A DNA stretch of 64,000 bases from Amoebidium appalachense (Eukaryota; Protista; Ichthyosporea), in the NCBI GenBank assembly GCA_963693365.1, contig CAVNZM010000007.1, forward strand, positions 10,971,962 to 11,035,961, in the 5' to 3' direction. The position numbers and the translations under genes are program-made. Shown piece by piece: positions 35,892-48,350 of this stretch (positions are counted from its first letter, which is position 1; the number at the start of each line of letters is the position of its first letter). A model generated the notes under the pieces. The model saw only the letters and a list, made by a program, of their open reading frames with translations. It did no database searches and had not been told where the DNA came from.

Positions 35892-38800
35892 TCAGCACAT
35901 GTTGAGCATCCCCACGGCCTTGGTGAAGAAAGAGGCAGACAGGGCCTTGGTGAACATGTCGGCCTTGTTGTCAGCAGAAGCCACCGGGACCACAGTGATG
36001 TTGCCCAGCAGGTGATGTTCCTTGACGGAGCAGTAGCGGACGTCGATGTGCTTGGTCTTGGGCTTAACCCCCAGGGTGTCCAGCAGGGCCCGGGCAGACT
36101 CATTGTCCCCATGGATGGGCACCGGGGTGGGCTCATTGATAGGATTAAGGCCCAGGTCGTCCATCACATAGTTGAGCCATAGGGCCTCGTTCGTAGCAGC
36201 AGACATGGCCACAAATTCAGCCTCAGTGGAGCTGTGGGTGGTGATGGACTGGAGCCGAGACACCCAGGACACAGGGGAGGAGTTTATGAAGAAGACATAG
36301 CCCGTGGTGGAGCGCCGGGTGTCGCGGTCCTCGGCGTAGTCGGAGTCGGAGTAGCCAACAAGGTTGGGGGGGCCGGGACGGTAGACAATACCCAGGTCGA
36401 TGGTGGCCAGCAGGTAGCTTACAACTCTGGTAGCCATAGTCCAGTGGGTGACGGTGGGCGCATGAATGTGTCGAGTAAGGACTCCCAGAGCCTGGGAAAT
36501 GTCGGGGCGGGTGGTACGCGCAATCCACAGCAGGGCACCGACCAGGCTGGCATAGTCCTCCTTCTTGCTGTAGGCTGGGGTCTTGTTGCTTTCACTGGCC
36601 TGGCCCGGGACGATGGGGGTCTTGGTGCCGGACATGTGGGTGAGACGAAAACGGGCAGCCAAGTCGATGATGTGTTGACGATGGCCCAGACGCAGAGACC
36701 CGTCCTCCAGCCAGGTAAGAGTGTGCCCGATGAGCAGGGTAGGACGACCCAGGTCCTTGGCAGAGAAACGAGCATCCAGCTTGGTGAAAAAATCGTCGAT
36801 GAGCGCATCAGTGGCGGCCGTCACGGTGAAGTCATCCACGTAGGCAGCAAGGGCAATAAATGTTGGGGTCCCGGCATTCTTGATGAACAGGCACGGGTCA
36901 GCAGCACTCACAATGAAGCCTTGGTCGAGGAGATGGTCACGGAGGGCCTCATACCACTGGCGCGGTGCCTGTTTTAGGCCGTAGAGCGCCTTGTGGAGCA
37001 AGCCGACAGCATGGGGGGCCGAGGGGTTGACGAAGCCAGGGGGCTGCTCAATGTAGATGGTCTCGTTGACGGTGCCGTTGAGGAATGCTGTGTTGACGTC
37101 GATGTGGCGCAGAGGCAGACCTTGGGCCACGGAGGTAGCCAAAACCAGCCGGATGGTAGCCAGCGCAGCCACAGGTGACTCGGTGACGAAATAGTCCTGG
37201 CCAGGCTGCTGGTAGTTGCCCCGGGCCACAAGCCGGGCCTTGAAAGCAGTGACGTTGCCGACGTTGTCCTGCTTGACCGTAAAGACCCAGCCGACCGGAA
37301 TGACAGTGGAGCCATCCTCTGGACGGGGCACAAGGGTGAAGGTGCCGTTGTCTTCCAGGGCCTTGAGCTCACGGTGTGCAGCCTCCTCCCATTTCAGACG
37401 CTGGGGACTCTTGAGTGCAGCCCGGACAGTCTTGGGGACAACAATGGTGGAAGCCTTGATGGGTGTTGATGCAGGAGCCGTAGCCTGGGGGGCAAGGGGG
37501 GCCGTAGCAGCAGCCACGTTGGCAGTCGGGCCTCGACGTTGGTCGTTGTACACAGCGCCACTACGGGTCGTCCGGGGGAGCCGATGTGCAGGCTCGGGCA
37601 GGATCGGAATGTCCAATTGATCACTCGGCGCTGTCCCATTGGCTGACAGACGAGACGAATCAGATTGCTGATCATTCCGGACGATGTGATTGGCTGGCTG
37701 ATTTGACGAATCAGATGACTCCAAAAAATGATGAATTGCCGGTGCGGTCGACCAATCAGATGGGACATCACGGAGGGGGTGCAGAATAGCAGCCTCGTCG
37801 AACTGCACGTCACGGCTGACGGTCATCTTGTGTGCTGCTGGAATCCAGACCTTGTAGCCCTTGATGTTAGGAGGGTAGCCCACGAAGATGCCCTTGACGG
37901 CACGAGGCGCCAGTTTCGGTGTATCCTGTTGATGGACGTAGCAGGGAGAGCCCCAGACACGGAGCCGGCTGTAGTCGGGAGGAATGCCGGTCCACAGCAG
38001 GGCGGGAGACGATTGGCTGCCGGTGGCTCGCGACGGGAGCATGTTGCGTATAAAAGCCGCGGTCACAGCTGCCTCGGCCCAGAATCCCACCGGAAGGCCG
38101 GACTGCTGCAGGAGTGCCCGAACCATGTCGAGGAGGGTCCGGTTCAGTCGTTCGGCAGTCCCATTCTGTTGAGGAGAGCCGGTGGTAGTGATCTGATGGC
38201 GAATGCCATGCTCACGGTTGTAGTCCCCGAAGGCCGTGCCCATGTACTCGCCCCCCCCGTCGGACTGAAACACCTGCATGGGAACACCGTGTTGGGTAAC
38301 CGCCGCCTTGTGGTACGTCACATATGCAGCCAGTGTGTCCGACTTCTTGACGAGGGGCACGGCCGTGGTGTGGCCGGTGAATTCGTCGTGGAACGTCGCC
38401 AAGTACTGAGCACCACCGATCGCGGGAGGGAAGGGGCCGCTGATGTCGCTGTGAACCTTGGCTAGGACCCGGGGAGCTTGGCTAGTTGATTCGGAGAAGG
38501 CAACACGGTGGGCTTTGCCGAGGGCACAGGGCTCACACACACCCGGAGACTTGGCACCGCCACCCACCAACAGGCCTGCAGACTTGATGACCGAGCGTAC
38601 AGCGTCAATGCCAGCATGGCCCAGACGGTAGTGCCACGTGTTGAGGTCGGCAGTAACCTTGAGGATACGCGGAGCAGTGGTGGTTTGGGCGTCCGGGGTT
38701 GTGTCCGCGCGCAGAAGAGACACCGCCATGTGGTACAGCTTGGTGCCGACAGCCGAGCCGGTGGCCAGAATTTGATCGCCGTAGCACAACTTAACGCCGC

Positions 38801-40190
38801 CGCGGGTGTCAAAGCGGGGTAAAACACCGTTGGTAGTTGCCGTGAACACACTGATGAGAGTGTCGGGGATGGAGGGCACGTAGAGTACATCCGTCAGCTG
38901 ATGCACCGCAGTAACGCCGTCGATGGTGCTGGAAAAGAACACGTCGCCCACCCCAAGCACTGCACATGCACCCTTGTCGGCTACTTGGACCGTGAAGTAA
39001 GGCGCCGCACGCATGTTGATGAACACATCGGGCCGGGGGCACACATGGTCAGTGGCTCCAGAGTCGAGGAGCACCTTGTTGGTGCCACAGTCGTTGCTAG
39101 ACATGAGGAAAGCCCGGGGAGCGGCAGCCCCCCCCTTGCACTGTGCCGTAGTGTGGGTAGTAGAGGCAGGGTGGTTGATGCAGGACCCAGGCGGGAGGGG
39201 ACCACCCTTAGGTTTGCGGCCGTTGGCACGGTTGCCCCCCTTGCACATGGCGGTAGTGTGACTGGTAGACAGTGGGTGGTTGACGCAGGAACCCTTGGGG
39301 TAGGTGCTGGCACGGTTGTTGCCAGAGTTGCTGTGTTGGCCGTTGCCGTTGGGGCACTGAGACTTGATGTGGCCTGGTTTGCCGCAGCCGTGGCAGATGA
39401 CAGGTTGAGGAGCCCGTGTGGTGAAGGCGGCCGGCCCGGAGCTGGTAGTCACACGTGCACGTGGGTGGCTGGTCTCATATGCCCGTAGCTGTTGGAGGAG
39501 GCCCATCACGGTAGGCTTGGGTGTCATCTTGTAGGCAATTACAGGCATTTCGTAGTAAGGCACCTTGCCGAGGTCGTTGGTGAGCTTGGTCAGCACTTGA
39601 GCATCACCAATTTGTGTGCCGTAATCGGCCAGGCGCCGCACGTAGCCGCGGAGTTTCATGGCGTATTTCGTCGCGGTGTCCGTAGGTTCAGGCGTAGAAT
39701 TCATGTACAGCCCGATAAGGTCGTACTGATTGGCCTCAGATTGCTCCAGGTAGTGGGCAGATAGGGCCGACCATATCTCCGCAGGTGTGGTGGTGCGTGT
39801 TAACCCTAGGATACAACGCACGTCAACCGAGAGTGCTTGCCACAGGTAGGAACGGGCAGTGTCGACCTGTTCACGGGTAGCCGGGTGCTCCGTACTGGGC
39901 GCGATGGTGTGGAGAAGACCAGCACCAGAAAGCTGGACATACATGGTTTCGGCCCATGTGTGGTAGTCCGTGCCTGAATCATTATCAATGCCAGTGAAGA
40001 GAGGGATGTCGACCTTGAACTTGATGGAATCATTACGTGAGGGGCCCATAACCCTGTTGGACATTGTGTTCATAGAAGCTAGTTCTAGTGCACGTTGTTC
40101 CTTCTGTAAGTCAGAAATGATTGCATCTTGTGAGGCCAACCTCTGCTCCAGTAGTTGGACTAGTTGCTGCAACTGTAAGTTGTCAGACAT
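35892..40190 (-). CDS. Copia Gag-Pol polyprotein, 1432 aa
   Basis: Same motifs as 1078-5376; four amino-acid differences seen (I/V, P/L, M/T, S/F), all in the Gag-PR part. Confidence 0.98.
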   Translation of the reverse strand: MSDNLQLQQLVQLLEQRLASQDAIISDLQKEQRALELASMNTMSNRVMGPSRNDSIKFKVDIPLFTGIDNDSGTDYHTWAETMYVQLSGAGLLHTIAPSTEHPATREQVDTARSYLWQALSVDVRCILGLTRTTTPAEIWSALSAHYLEQSEANQYDLIGLYMNSTPEPTDTATKYAMKLRGYVRRLADYGTQIGDAQVLTKLTNDLGKVPYYEMPVIAYKMTPKPTVMGLLQQLRAYETSHPRARVTTSSGPAAFTTRAPQPVICHGCGKPGHIKSQCPNGNGQHSNSGNNRASTYPKGSCVNHPLSTSHTTAMCKGGNRANGRKPKGGPLPPGSCINHPASTTHTTAQCKGGAAAPRAFLMSSNDCGTNKVLLDSGATDHVCPRPDVFINMRAAPYFTVQVADKGACAVLGVGDVFFSSTIDGVTAVHQLTDVLYVPSIPDTLISVFTATTNGVLPRFDTRGGVKLCYGDQILATGSAVGTKLYHMAVSLLRADTTPDAQTTTAPRILKVTADLNTWHYRLGHAGIDAVRSVIKSAGLLVGGGAKSPGVCEPCALGKAHRVAFSESTSQAPRVLAKVHSDISGPFPPAIGGAQYLATFHDEFTGHTTAVPLVKKSDTLAAYVTYHKAAVTQHGVPMQVFQSDGGGEYMGTAFGDYNREHGIRHQITTTGSPQQNGTAERLNRTLLDMVRALLQQSGLPVGFWAEAAVTAAFIRNMLPSRATGSQSSPALLWTGIPPDYSRLRVWGSPCYVHQQDTPKLAPRAVKGIFVGYPPNIKGYKVWIPAAHKMTVSRDVQFDEAAILHPLRDVPSDWSTAPAIHHFLESSDSSNQPANHIVRNDQQSDSSRLSANGTAPSDQLDIPILPEPAHRLPRTTRSGAVYNDQRRGPTANVAAATAPLAPQATAPASTPIKASTIVVPKTVRAALKSPQRLKWEEAAHRELKALEDNGTFTLVPRPEDGSTVIPVGWVFTVKQDNVGNVTAFKARLVARGNYQQPGQDYFVTESPVAALATIRLVLATSVAQGLPLRHIDVNTAFLNGTVNETIYIEQPPGFVNPSAPHAVGLLHKALYGLKQAPRQWYEALRDHLLDQGFIVSAADPCLFIKNAGTPTFIALAAYVDDFTVTAATDALIDDFFTKLDARFSAKDLGRPTLLIGHTLTWLEDGSLRLGHRQHIIDLAARFRLTHMSGTKTPIVPGQASESNKTPAYSKKEDYASLVGALLWIARTTRPDISQALGVLTRHIHAPTVTHWTMATRVVSYLLATIDLGIVYRPGPPNLVGYSDSDYAEDRDTRRSTTGYVFFINSSPVSWVSRLQSITTHSSTEAEFVAMSAATNEALWLNYVMDDLGLNPINEPTPVPIHGDNESARALLDTLGVKPKTKHIDVRYCSVKEHHLLGNITVVPVASADNKADMFTKALSASFFTKAVGMLNMC

Positions 40191-40302
40191 AGTGTCGTGT
40201 ATGATGGGTAACTAGTCTATGTGTTTTGTGCACTGGAAACGACAGTAGAAAAGTGTAAATCAAACGTTCTGCTTCCCATGTTTGTGACATGGGAGGCACT
40301 GC

Positions 40303-40310
40303 TTTATATA
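40303..40310 (-). promoter_or_regulatory. Putative TATA box (TATATAAA) in the copia 5' LTR; equivalent at 35190-35197
   Basis: About 115 bp upstream of the gag ATG, inside the 237-bp segment missing from copy 1. Confidence 0.6.
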
Positions 40311-41042
40311 GTCGTTGGCCACCTCATGGTGGCCTCGTGTGCACCCTGGTGGTGGGCCATGTACAGCATGGCCGAAAAGAGAGCACAATGAAAACAAGTC
40401 GTTAAAGATATAAAAGTTAACTGTGCACGTTGAGTGGCTAGTTAACTTGCACTAAAGCACACAAATAAACGTGTTTAACACACCAATTGCAGTTAAACGT
40501 AAATCTTGCTTCACACAACTAAAAATATTCTGAGAATATCCGGGAATAAAGCACACTACCACTCTAAGAATAGAATCCTGTGGCAAATATAGACATGACA
40601 TCATCTGAACCGGGAATATTAATTAATGAGCACAATTAGCACGTTGCTAGTGAAGCTCGTCATTGGTACAGTTTTGGCTCAAACATATAACTACCATATA
40701 TGAATATGACCGTAAACAAAAGCTCTATGCACTCGAGTGAGTGTTGAAACAGTTATTCAATTGCTCAGAAACTTTCTCTAACAGACATTGCTAGCCGGGA
40801 GTACCAGTGTACTCCAACAGCCTGGGCCACAGCTAGTGGCTTCCTTGGCCATACGGCCTGACCCACAATGCTACCCTCCCGTTCACTATGTTTCATTATT
40901 ATGTATGTGAGAGAAGGACAGACAAGAAAAGACAATTCTCAACGCATAATTCTATCTCAATCTACTTGCATGTTGCCAAGGTGTCCTCCGTATCATTCGG
41001 GGCGTGTGCACGTGCACACACAGCCTACTCTCGACGGGTTAC

Positions 41043-41087
<45 letters not shown>

Positions 41088-41434
41088 CACACACACACCA
41101 CACACGCGCGCTTCTTGGTGCTGTAAACTGTTGAACACTCAAGCACCAGGCTGTTGCTCCTCCGTCTGCACCAACAAAGGCAACATGCTTCCGTTTTTTT
41201 GTCGTGTTGCTCATATTTAAAGGTGTTTATGGTCATAAAACTTTATTCTGCAGTCTCCCACGACTGTCAGAGGGGCACACAGTACCCACTACTACTGCCT
41301 GTACCTCAGCACTGCAGTCTTTTATGTTTTCTGCTGCTCTAATTAGTTAGTTTGCCAAATCATCGTGTGTTATTCGTGTATTTGAATCTCGACTCTATAG
41401 ACATTCATTCGCATTTGGGTGCCGGCTGGCAAGG

Positions 41435-42043
41435 CTATGCCACGGCTCTGCCCGTTCTAAGCCGTGCGTATGCCAGCTCACTGGCCAGGCTTCTTGGCAC
41501 CAACGTGACGTCAGCCTTGCCGCCAAAGGCCAGGCACTTAGCTAGGCGCAGGTTGACCTGGGCGTCACTGAGGCCCAGCACGTCCTCCCCGTCTATGCCC
41601 ACTATGGTCGTGCCCCGCGGCACCTTTGCCCTGTGGCTGGCGCTGTGGGGCACCACGTCCTGCACCTGGCCGTCCAGATACACCAACCCCACAGACCCGC
41701 AGCCCTTCTGCTCCAGCGTGCACGTGGTGTACAGCGGCCGGTCCACCACAAGCACCTCCCCGTCGCCCATCAAGTTCAGCATCTCAAACACGCAGCGTGC
41801 ACTCTGCCCACGGTGCAATGGTTTGTCGTTGATTTCAGTCACCTGGTCACCCGGGCCCAGCCCCAGTCGCCAGGCCAGCGACCCAGGCATTACGGCCGTG
41901 ACGAAAAAGCGGTCGCCCAGCCGCACAAGGCTGGCGCCAAAGTCCTGCCCGGGTGCCTTTTGGAACTCGATCAGCCGCGAGTAGGGTTTGCGCGGCAGCT
42001 CATCCAGGCACACGGCCTGCTCGGGCGCGGGCTTGGTGCGCAT
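41435..42043 (-). CDS. Syntenin-like tandem-PDZ protein (202 aa, single coding exon visible)
   Basis: PDZ1 (DFGASL...FVTAVMPGSLAWRLGLGPGDQVTEIND), DRP linker, PDZ2 (GSVGLVYLDGQVQDVVPHSAS...IVGIDGEDVLGLSDAQV) parallel syntenin. A CAG acceptor just upstream of the ATG allows for an upstream exon. Confidence 0.8.
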   Translation of the reverse strand: MRTKPAPEQAVCLDELPRKPYSRLIEFQKAPGQDFGASLVRLGDRFFVTAVMPGSLAWRLGLGPGDQVTEINDKPLHRGQSARCVFEMLNLMGDGEVLVVDRPLYTTCTLEQKGCGSVGLVYLDGQVQDVVPHSASHRAKVPRGTTIVGIDGEDVLGLSDAQVNLRLAKCLAFGGKADVTLVPRSLASELAYARLRTGRAVA

Positions 42044-43135
42044 AATGCCTGTGTACGATGTCCAAAGAAAACGTGCTTATTGTTGCCTGCAACTGCAGGG
42101 GTCCTATTTTGTTGCGTTTACTGTAACCGATGTGTGCAAGTAAACACTCGCTCTCTGACTGAAGATCTTTTCTAATGAGTACCTGTACTTTAGTCTGAAA
42201 ACCTATAAGGATGAGGCTAGCTCTCTACACTAGCGTGTGTGTCGTGTTCAGTGCACGGCTATCCCTTCCTGCAAAAACCTTTCACGCGTTAACTACTATT
42301 ATTTTCAGTGTTTCCCCACCGTTTGCCGACTTTGTTTTGCGGTCTTTTGTTGTTTCGTTGCAACAGACCGCGTGCTGTATATGCAGGCCAGGAATGAGCT
42401 GATGCCACTGACGACATGTCTGCGTGCTGATTGGCCTCCTTCGCACTGCTCGCAGAGTGACCGAAGGAGCGCGGCAAAACCGTTGCATCATAAACGGTGG
42501 GAGTTCCGAGTTTGGGGTTTCCCGGTTTCAAGTGCCGCAGTTACATCCGACAAGCGGTTATGATTGTGATAATATATAATTAGAGAGCCCTTGTTTATTT
42601 TCCCAGTATGGTGATTCAATCAATGAAGTATATTTATGATATGGGCCATATGGCTTTAAAACCATATTGCCAAAGTATAATGCCTGCTTTCACATTCCAC
42701 CCACAGCTTGATGCACTTGAGAAAACCCTATATGCCATGTAATATTACCGTAATGTAATATTACATAATATCACGGCCAAAATTGTCATTATACAGCCAG
42801 ATGGGCCCGTAGTTGCGGTGATAATACGTAATATTACGGTGGCATTTCTTAAACGATGCATGGTGGCGTCGTTGTATTAACCGTAATAATACGGTAGTAA
42901 AACGTCTTTATTACAGTAATAATTTGTGACATTCCTGTGATAATACCATGAAGAATTCTGTATTATCACAGGAATATGGCGGTCCCGACATCGTGATATT
43001 CCCGTGATATTTGTGGTATATACATTACCGTGAGGTCACTCGATTTTCTCTATCATTTGCGCGGTAATAATACCGTTTTATTCTGTTTGTGCGCCCACTA
43101 ACTTGTCAGCATAACGAGATGGCACAAGTAAGGGT

Positions 43136-43308
<173 letters not shown>

Positions 43309-44665
43309 ACTGGGGGGGGGGGCTCTTGGCCCACTGTTGCGCATGATAATTACCCAATCTAATGCGTTATATGGTAAAGGTACTTATTATGTAAGTAACT
43401 GCGACAAATCAAAGACTATAGAATATTACCAAATATTGCTAAAATAGTTAGCATTATTGCCGCATTCTCCGACAAAGCCATTGTATTATTTCTGTAATAT
43501 TCCGTACTATTACGGGGGTGTTTTGGGGTGAGTTTCAACCGTTGGTAATATTACCTAAAATATCACGGTAATAGGCTATATAAGGTACTTCTGATGCACT
43601 TGGCCAGGAGATGACGTAGTAGTTGTTGATTGGTCACTTTTGCACCCGGCGAGCCACGACATGACCTACAGCCAATCAAAGACAGTTTAGTTTAGTACAC
43701 CATACACGTCACACGTGTTACGTCACGTCGGCCCTTTGGCCCGGTTGTACGACAAACACCGTGAACTGACGTGTATGTCTGACGTGAGAGGCCCACAATG
43801 AAGGCGTGGCTTAGTTTTCTTGGACGTGAGTAGGGAATGGCTGAAGATTTTCTGCTACCTAACATAGATCTACTGTGGAATGCTTCATGCGGATTTTTTC
43901 CTGAGTGGGAGGTTGTGGCCGAGCGGCACTGCCCCGGTGGCGCGGGAGAACTTCAAGTGCTTTGTGGCTTGAGCTCATAGCATTGGCATGCCTTCACCCA
44001 CGTCTGCCCGCGGTTGTTCACCCTTTTTTGTTTGTTCTTCCGTTTTAACTTCCACACTCTGTACGTTCTGATGCCAAAGATTACCATCAGGGGCGAAGAT
44101 CCGGTCCGGGAGTTGAAAGGGATCCAGGGCATAAATAAACTACGGATCTAGGTACCGGTTTCCTATCACGAGGTCTTCGTGTTTGCGTGGGCAGTACTTT
44201 CGGAATCACATCATACTTGCACGCACACTAATCTCACAACATTGAGTGGCAAAAATGGTTTGGTTGTCGCGACTTTCTCGTACACCTGCCCGTGCACACT
44301 AGGTGAATCTCCAGCATGGTCTATATGAGCTGACATTTTAAGCTGAACGTAGTGAGAGAAGCGAAAATCAGGGATCCAGGAACTAGAAGCTGTTCTTGGA
44401 TGAGTGGGTGGGTGGGTGGATGGGTTGATGGTTGGGTTGGTGGGTGGTTGGGTGGGCGGGCGGAGGGGGGAGGGAGAGAGGGGTTGAGGGGATGGTGCCG
44501 GCCCAGGGTGGGTGGGGAGGGGGTGGAAGGGGGGGGGGTTAATGGAACGGTAAGGACAAACCAGGTGATGGCGGCGTTGGTGGTGACTCTGTAACAAGGG
44601 GGTGACAAGGGGGCTTGTGGCGTGTGTACGTGTGTTGGGACGAGGGGAGGGGGGTGGGGTGGGGT

Positions 44666-44696
<31 letters not shown>

Positions 44697-44779
44697 GGGG
44701 GGGGGGGCTTTGGTTGGGATCCGTGATGTGGATGTTTGCTAATAGGGTGGGCGGGTGGACGTTGTAGAACGCTTGAGCA

Positions 44780-45279
44780 TTTGTTCCAGTGTACCTCTAT
44801 GGGCGTGTATGCATGTGTGCATGTGGGTTTTTGAAGGGGAAAATGACGCTGGAGGTAAGGGTAAAGTCATGGCATGGGCATATTCGGGTATTCCTGATTA
44901 TGAGAGAGAATGCAAGTGTGCACGTCGATGTGCAAACTTTGGTTTTGCCTCGTTTCCTGCTTTCTCCGTCATGTATTATGGCAGCCCCCTTGAAGGTGAA
45001 GAAGAGGGCTGTGTGTGTGGTGGTTGTGGTTGGGGGTGGGGGGGGGGGGGGGGGGGGGGGGGGAGGGGGAGGGGGGGAGGGGGGGGGGGGGAGAAGGGGG
45101 AGTAATATACCAGGTCGACGTTTCGGTGACTGTAAAAGGGGGCTTTTGGTTTTCACAGTGACGTTCAGGTAGTAGTGGTACCGGCACGTGGGCGCGAGTG
45201 CACCTGTTGGTCCCTTCTTTTTTCTTTCGTTTCGTTCCTTTTCTTTTTTTGTTGTTGTTGCTCTTTTTTTTTTTTTTTT

Positions 45280-45320
<41 letters not shown>

Positions 45321-45850
45321 AATACGTTATACTATAAAAGTTAACTAAATAAGTGATGTGGTGTTCCTTTAACTTATTTTGCGGCGCCAACTGCAGTTGC
45401 CACAAGTACACGGCCAGCAGACTTTTTTCTGCATTCACTGCGATTCCACCAGATACCCTCCCCCCTCCCCCCCGCCTCCCTCCACCCTCCGCCCTGAATC
45501 TCTCTCTCCTCTCCCTCTCTCTCCCCCCCCCCCCCCCCCCCCCCCCCTCTCTCTCTCTCTCCCCCCCCCCCCCCCCCCCCCCCCCCGGCCCCCCTCTTCG
45601 CCTCCCCACTCCTCCGGCCCCCAATACCCTTTCCCTTCCGGGCAGGCCCCGGTTTGAGTGGACTCTTAGGCATATGCAAGTACATGTAGCGTAGAGTTTT
45701 CTGCTCTCAGAAAGCACAGCACAATCTTGCCTGCCACCTGTAGCAAAAGGAATGCACCGTAACAGTTGCCTGTTGTGTCCATGTTCAACATATCTGCAAA
45801 CAGACTTGATCAATGCTTTTAATATCCATAATAGTGCCAATACATTGTAC
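44780..45850 (-). pseudogene. Possible highly degraded KDZ (Kyakuja-Dileera-Zisupton)-like transposase
   Basis: Fragments in the expected order: SVCRY..LNMDTTG (cf. CRH..NM..GE), LYATC (cf. YDxxC), TCRYHYYLN (cf. CQxxY), GAAIIHDGESRKR (cf. GxGxxDGExxER). Broken by frameshifts and homopolymers. Confidence 0.3.
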
Positions 45851-46195
45851 TATTTTGGCATGGCTAGTTGTTCCTATTGGACTTGATTTCCTATTAGCAT
45901 GGCCGTGGCTGGCTCCAGTTCAACTTACTGCGATGGGCATGGTGGAGTGTGATTGTCTTACTAAGTAGTGCCATGGCTGCGGCCACCTACACGGGGTTAC
46001 GGGCAGCACTAGTAGGCGACGGTATGCGCCCGTACCAATGTTTGTAAACAACTTCCTGGCACACATTTCCTGTACTTGGTTTTCCTGTTGTGCTTGAAGG
46101 TTTGATGAGTGATGCCCCCTTCGGGATTCGTGGTGATAATTGATTCGAGTGTTGAGGTGACCAGTTGGTCCCAGGAGGGAGGAAGGAGAGGGGAT

Positions 46196-46234
<39 letters not shown>

Positions 46235-46397
46235 TTACTAATTATAAGCCTTGATCAATTTAGAGCAAGCTCACGTTTGTAGCATACTACATACCTGCAG
46301 CTGTGTCGACGCATGCATATAATATATATATATATAGATTATGATATATATGTATATATATGTATATGTATATGTATATGTATATATATATATATGT

Positions 46398-46432
<35 letters not shown>

Positions 46433-46518
46433 ATGATCATGCTACGTTTGTAGCATATTACATGTCTGCAGCTGTGTCGACGCATGCACCTAATTTGAAT
46501 ATATGTATATATATATCA

Positions 46519-46550
<32 letters not shown>

Positions 46551-46569
46551 ATGATCATGCTACACTTTG

Positions 46570-46857
46570 GTCTATACGACGGACCCTCACTCGCAGCTGA
46601 TTGGACAAAACACGTCTCGATGACGTAAATTCAGGGGGGAAGAGTTCGATCCGCGAGCGACATAAAGGAGCCGTCATGCCCCCCATAGCGGGGGGTTGAG
46701 GGGGCAGAAGCCCCCCCATTTAGGGCCCAAACGCACATAGGGTTATGGTTATTGGGTTTAGGTTTTTATTATGGTGATGATTATGTATCAAATATTCTGT
46801 TTTTTAGTGGTCTATGGGAGTGATCTGCCTATACCTAGGGGCCTCCGTCGTACAGAC
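46570..46857. mobile_element. Candidate MITE, ~290 bp
   Basis: 14-bp inverted repeats GTCTATACGACGGA / TCCGTCGTACAGAC (1 mismatch), internal GGGGGCAGAAGCCCCC hairpin and TAGGGT-like hexamers; no TSD identified. Confidence 0.4.
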
Positions 46858-47189
46858 TTCTCCTCTCCCCCCTCCCCCCTCCGCCCCCTCCCCACCCCCT
46901 TTCCCCCCCCCCTTCCCCCAGGCCACTCCCCCCCTCCCCACGCCCCTCCCCTTCCCCCAGATCAGGACAACTGGCGTAAACGGTGTCGTGGTGTGGTGGT
47001 GCGTGCAGGGGTGGACATGTGTGCAAGGTTTTGTGCGCGTCTCTCGTGAGTGTTGGTGTGGTTGTGCTGTGCAATCAGGAGGTGTGCAAGTGTGGTGTAC
47101 GAATGCAATGTGTGGTTCGATGTTGTGGTGAGTTGTGTTGTGTGGGTACATGTGGGTATGCTGTGTGTGCAGTGCAATAATTACTGTTC

Positions 47190-47995
<806 letters not shown>

Positions 47996-48350
47996 CGAAT
48001 TTCGGTACCGAATGGCATGTGATTTTGTTGATGATGTACAAATGCTGTGCGCATTTCCTTTGCCTGCATATGATGGATGCAGGTGCTGGAGGCACCCAAT
48101 GATGTTCTATGTTTATTGATTCACCTCTAAACATTCAACTGTTCGAGCGTTGTTACTCCTTTTAGCAGGTCGATATCTAAGATTATGAGCAGATGTCAAC
48201 GGCAAAAACTATACGTGAGACAAAAATGTTACCCAGAGCCAAATCCGGGAGAAAAAAGCCAATGCTATCGACGTGCTTGGATCAAAGCGGCAATACGGAA
48301 TTAATTCTAAATTCGATAGGGCATATTATGGCAACAACAATACATGCATG

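Larger units (their letters stand above)
34942..40819 (-). mobile_element. Ty1/copia LTR retrotransposon, copy 2 (full length, 765-bp LTRs)
   Basis: LTRs 34942-35706 and 40055-40819, no differences seen by eye; PBS 40042-40054; PPT 35707-35721; flanked by GCCT/GCCT. Confidence 0.98.
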
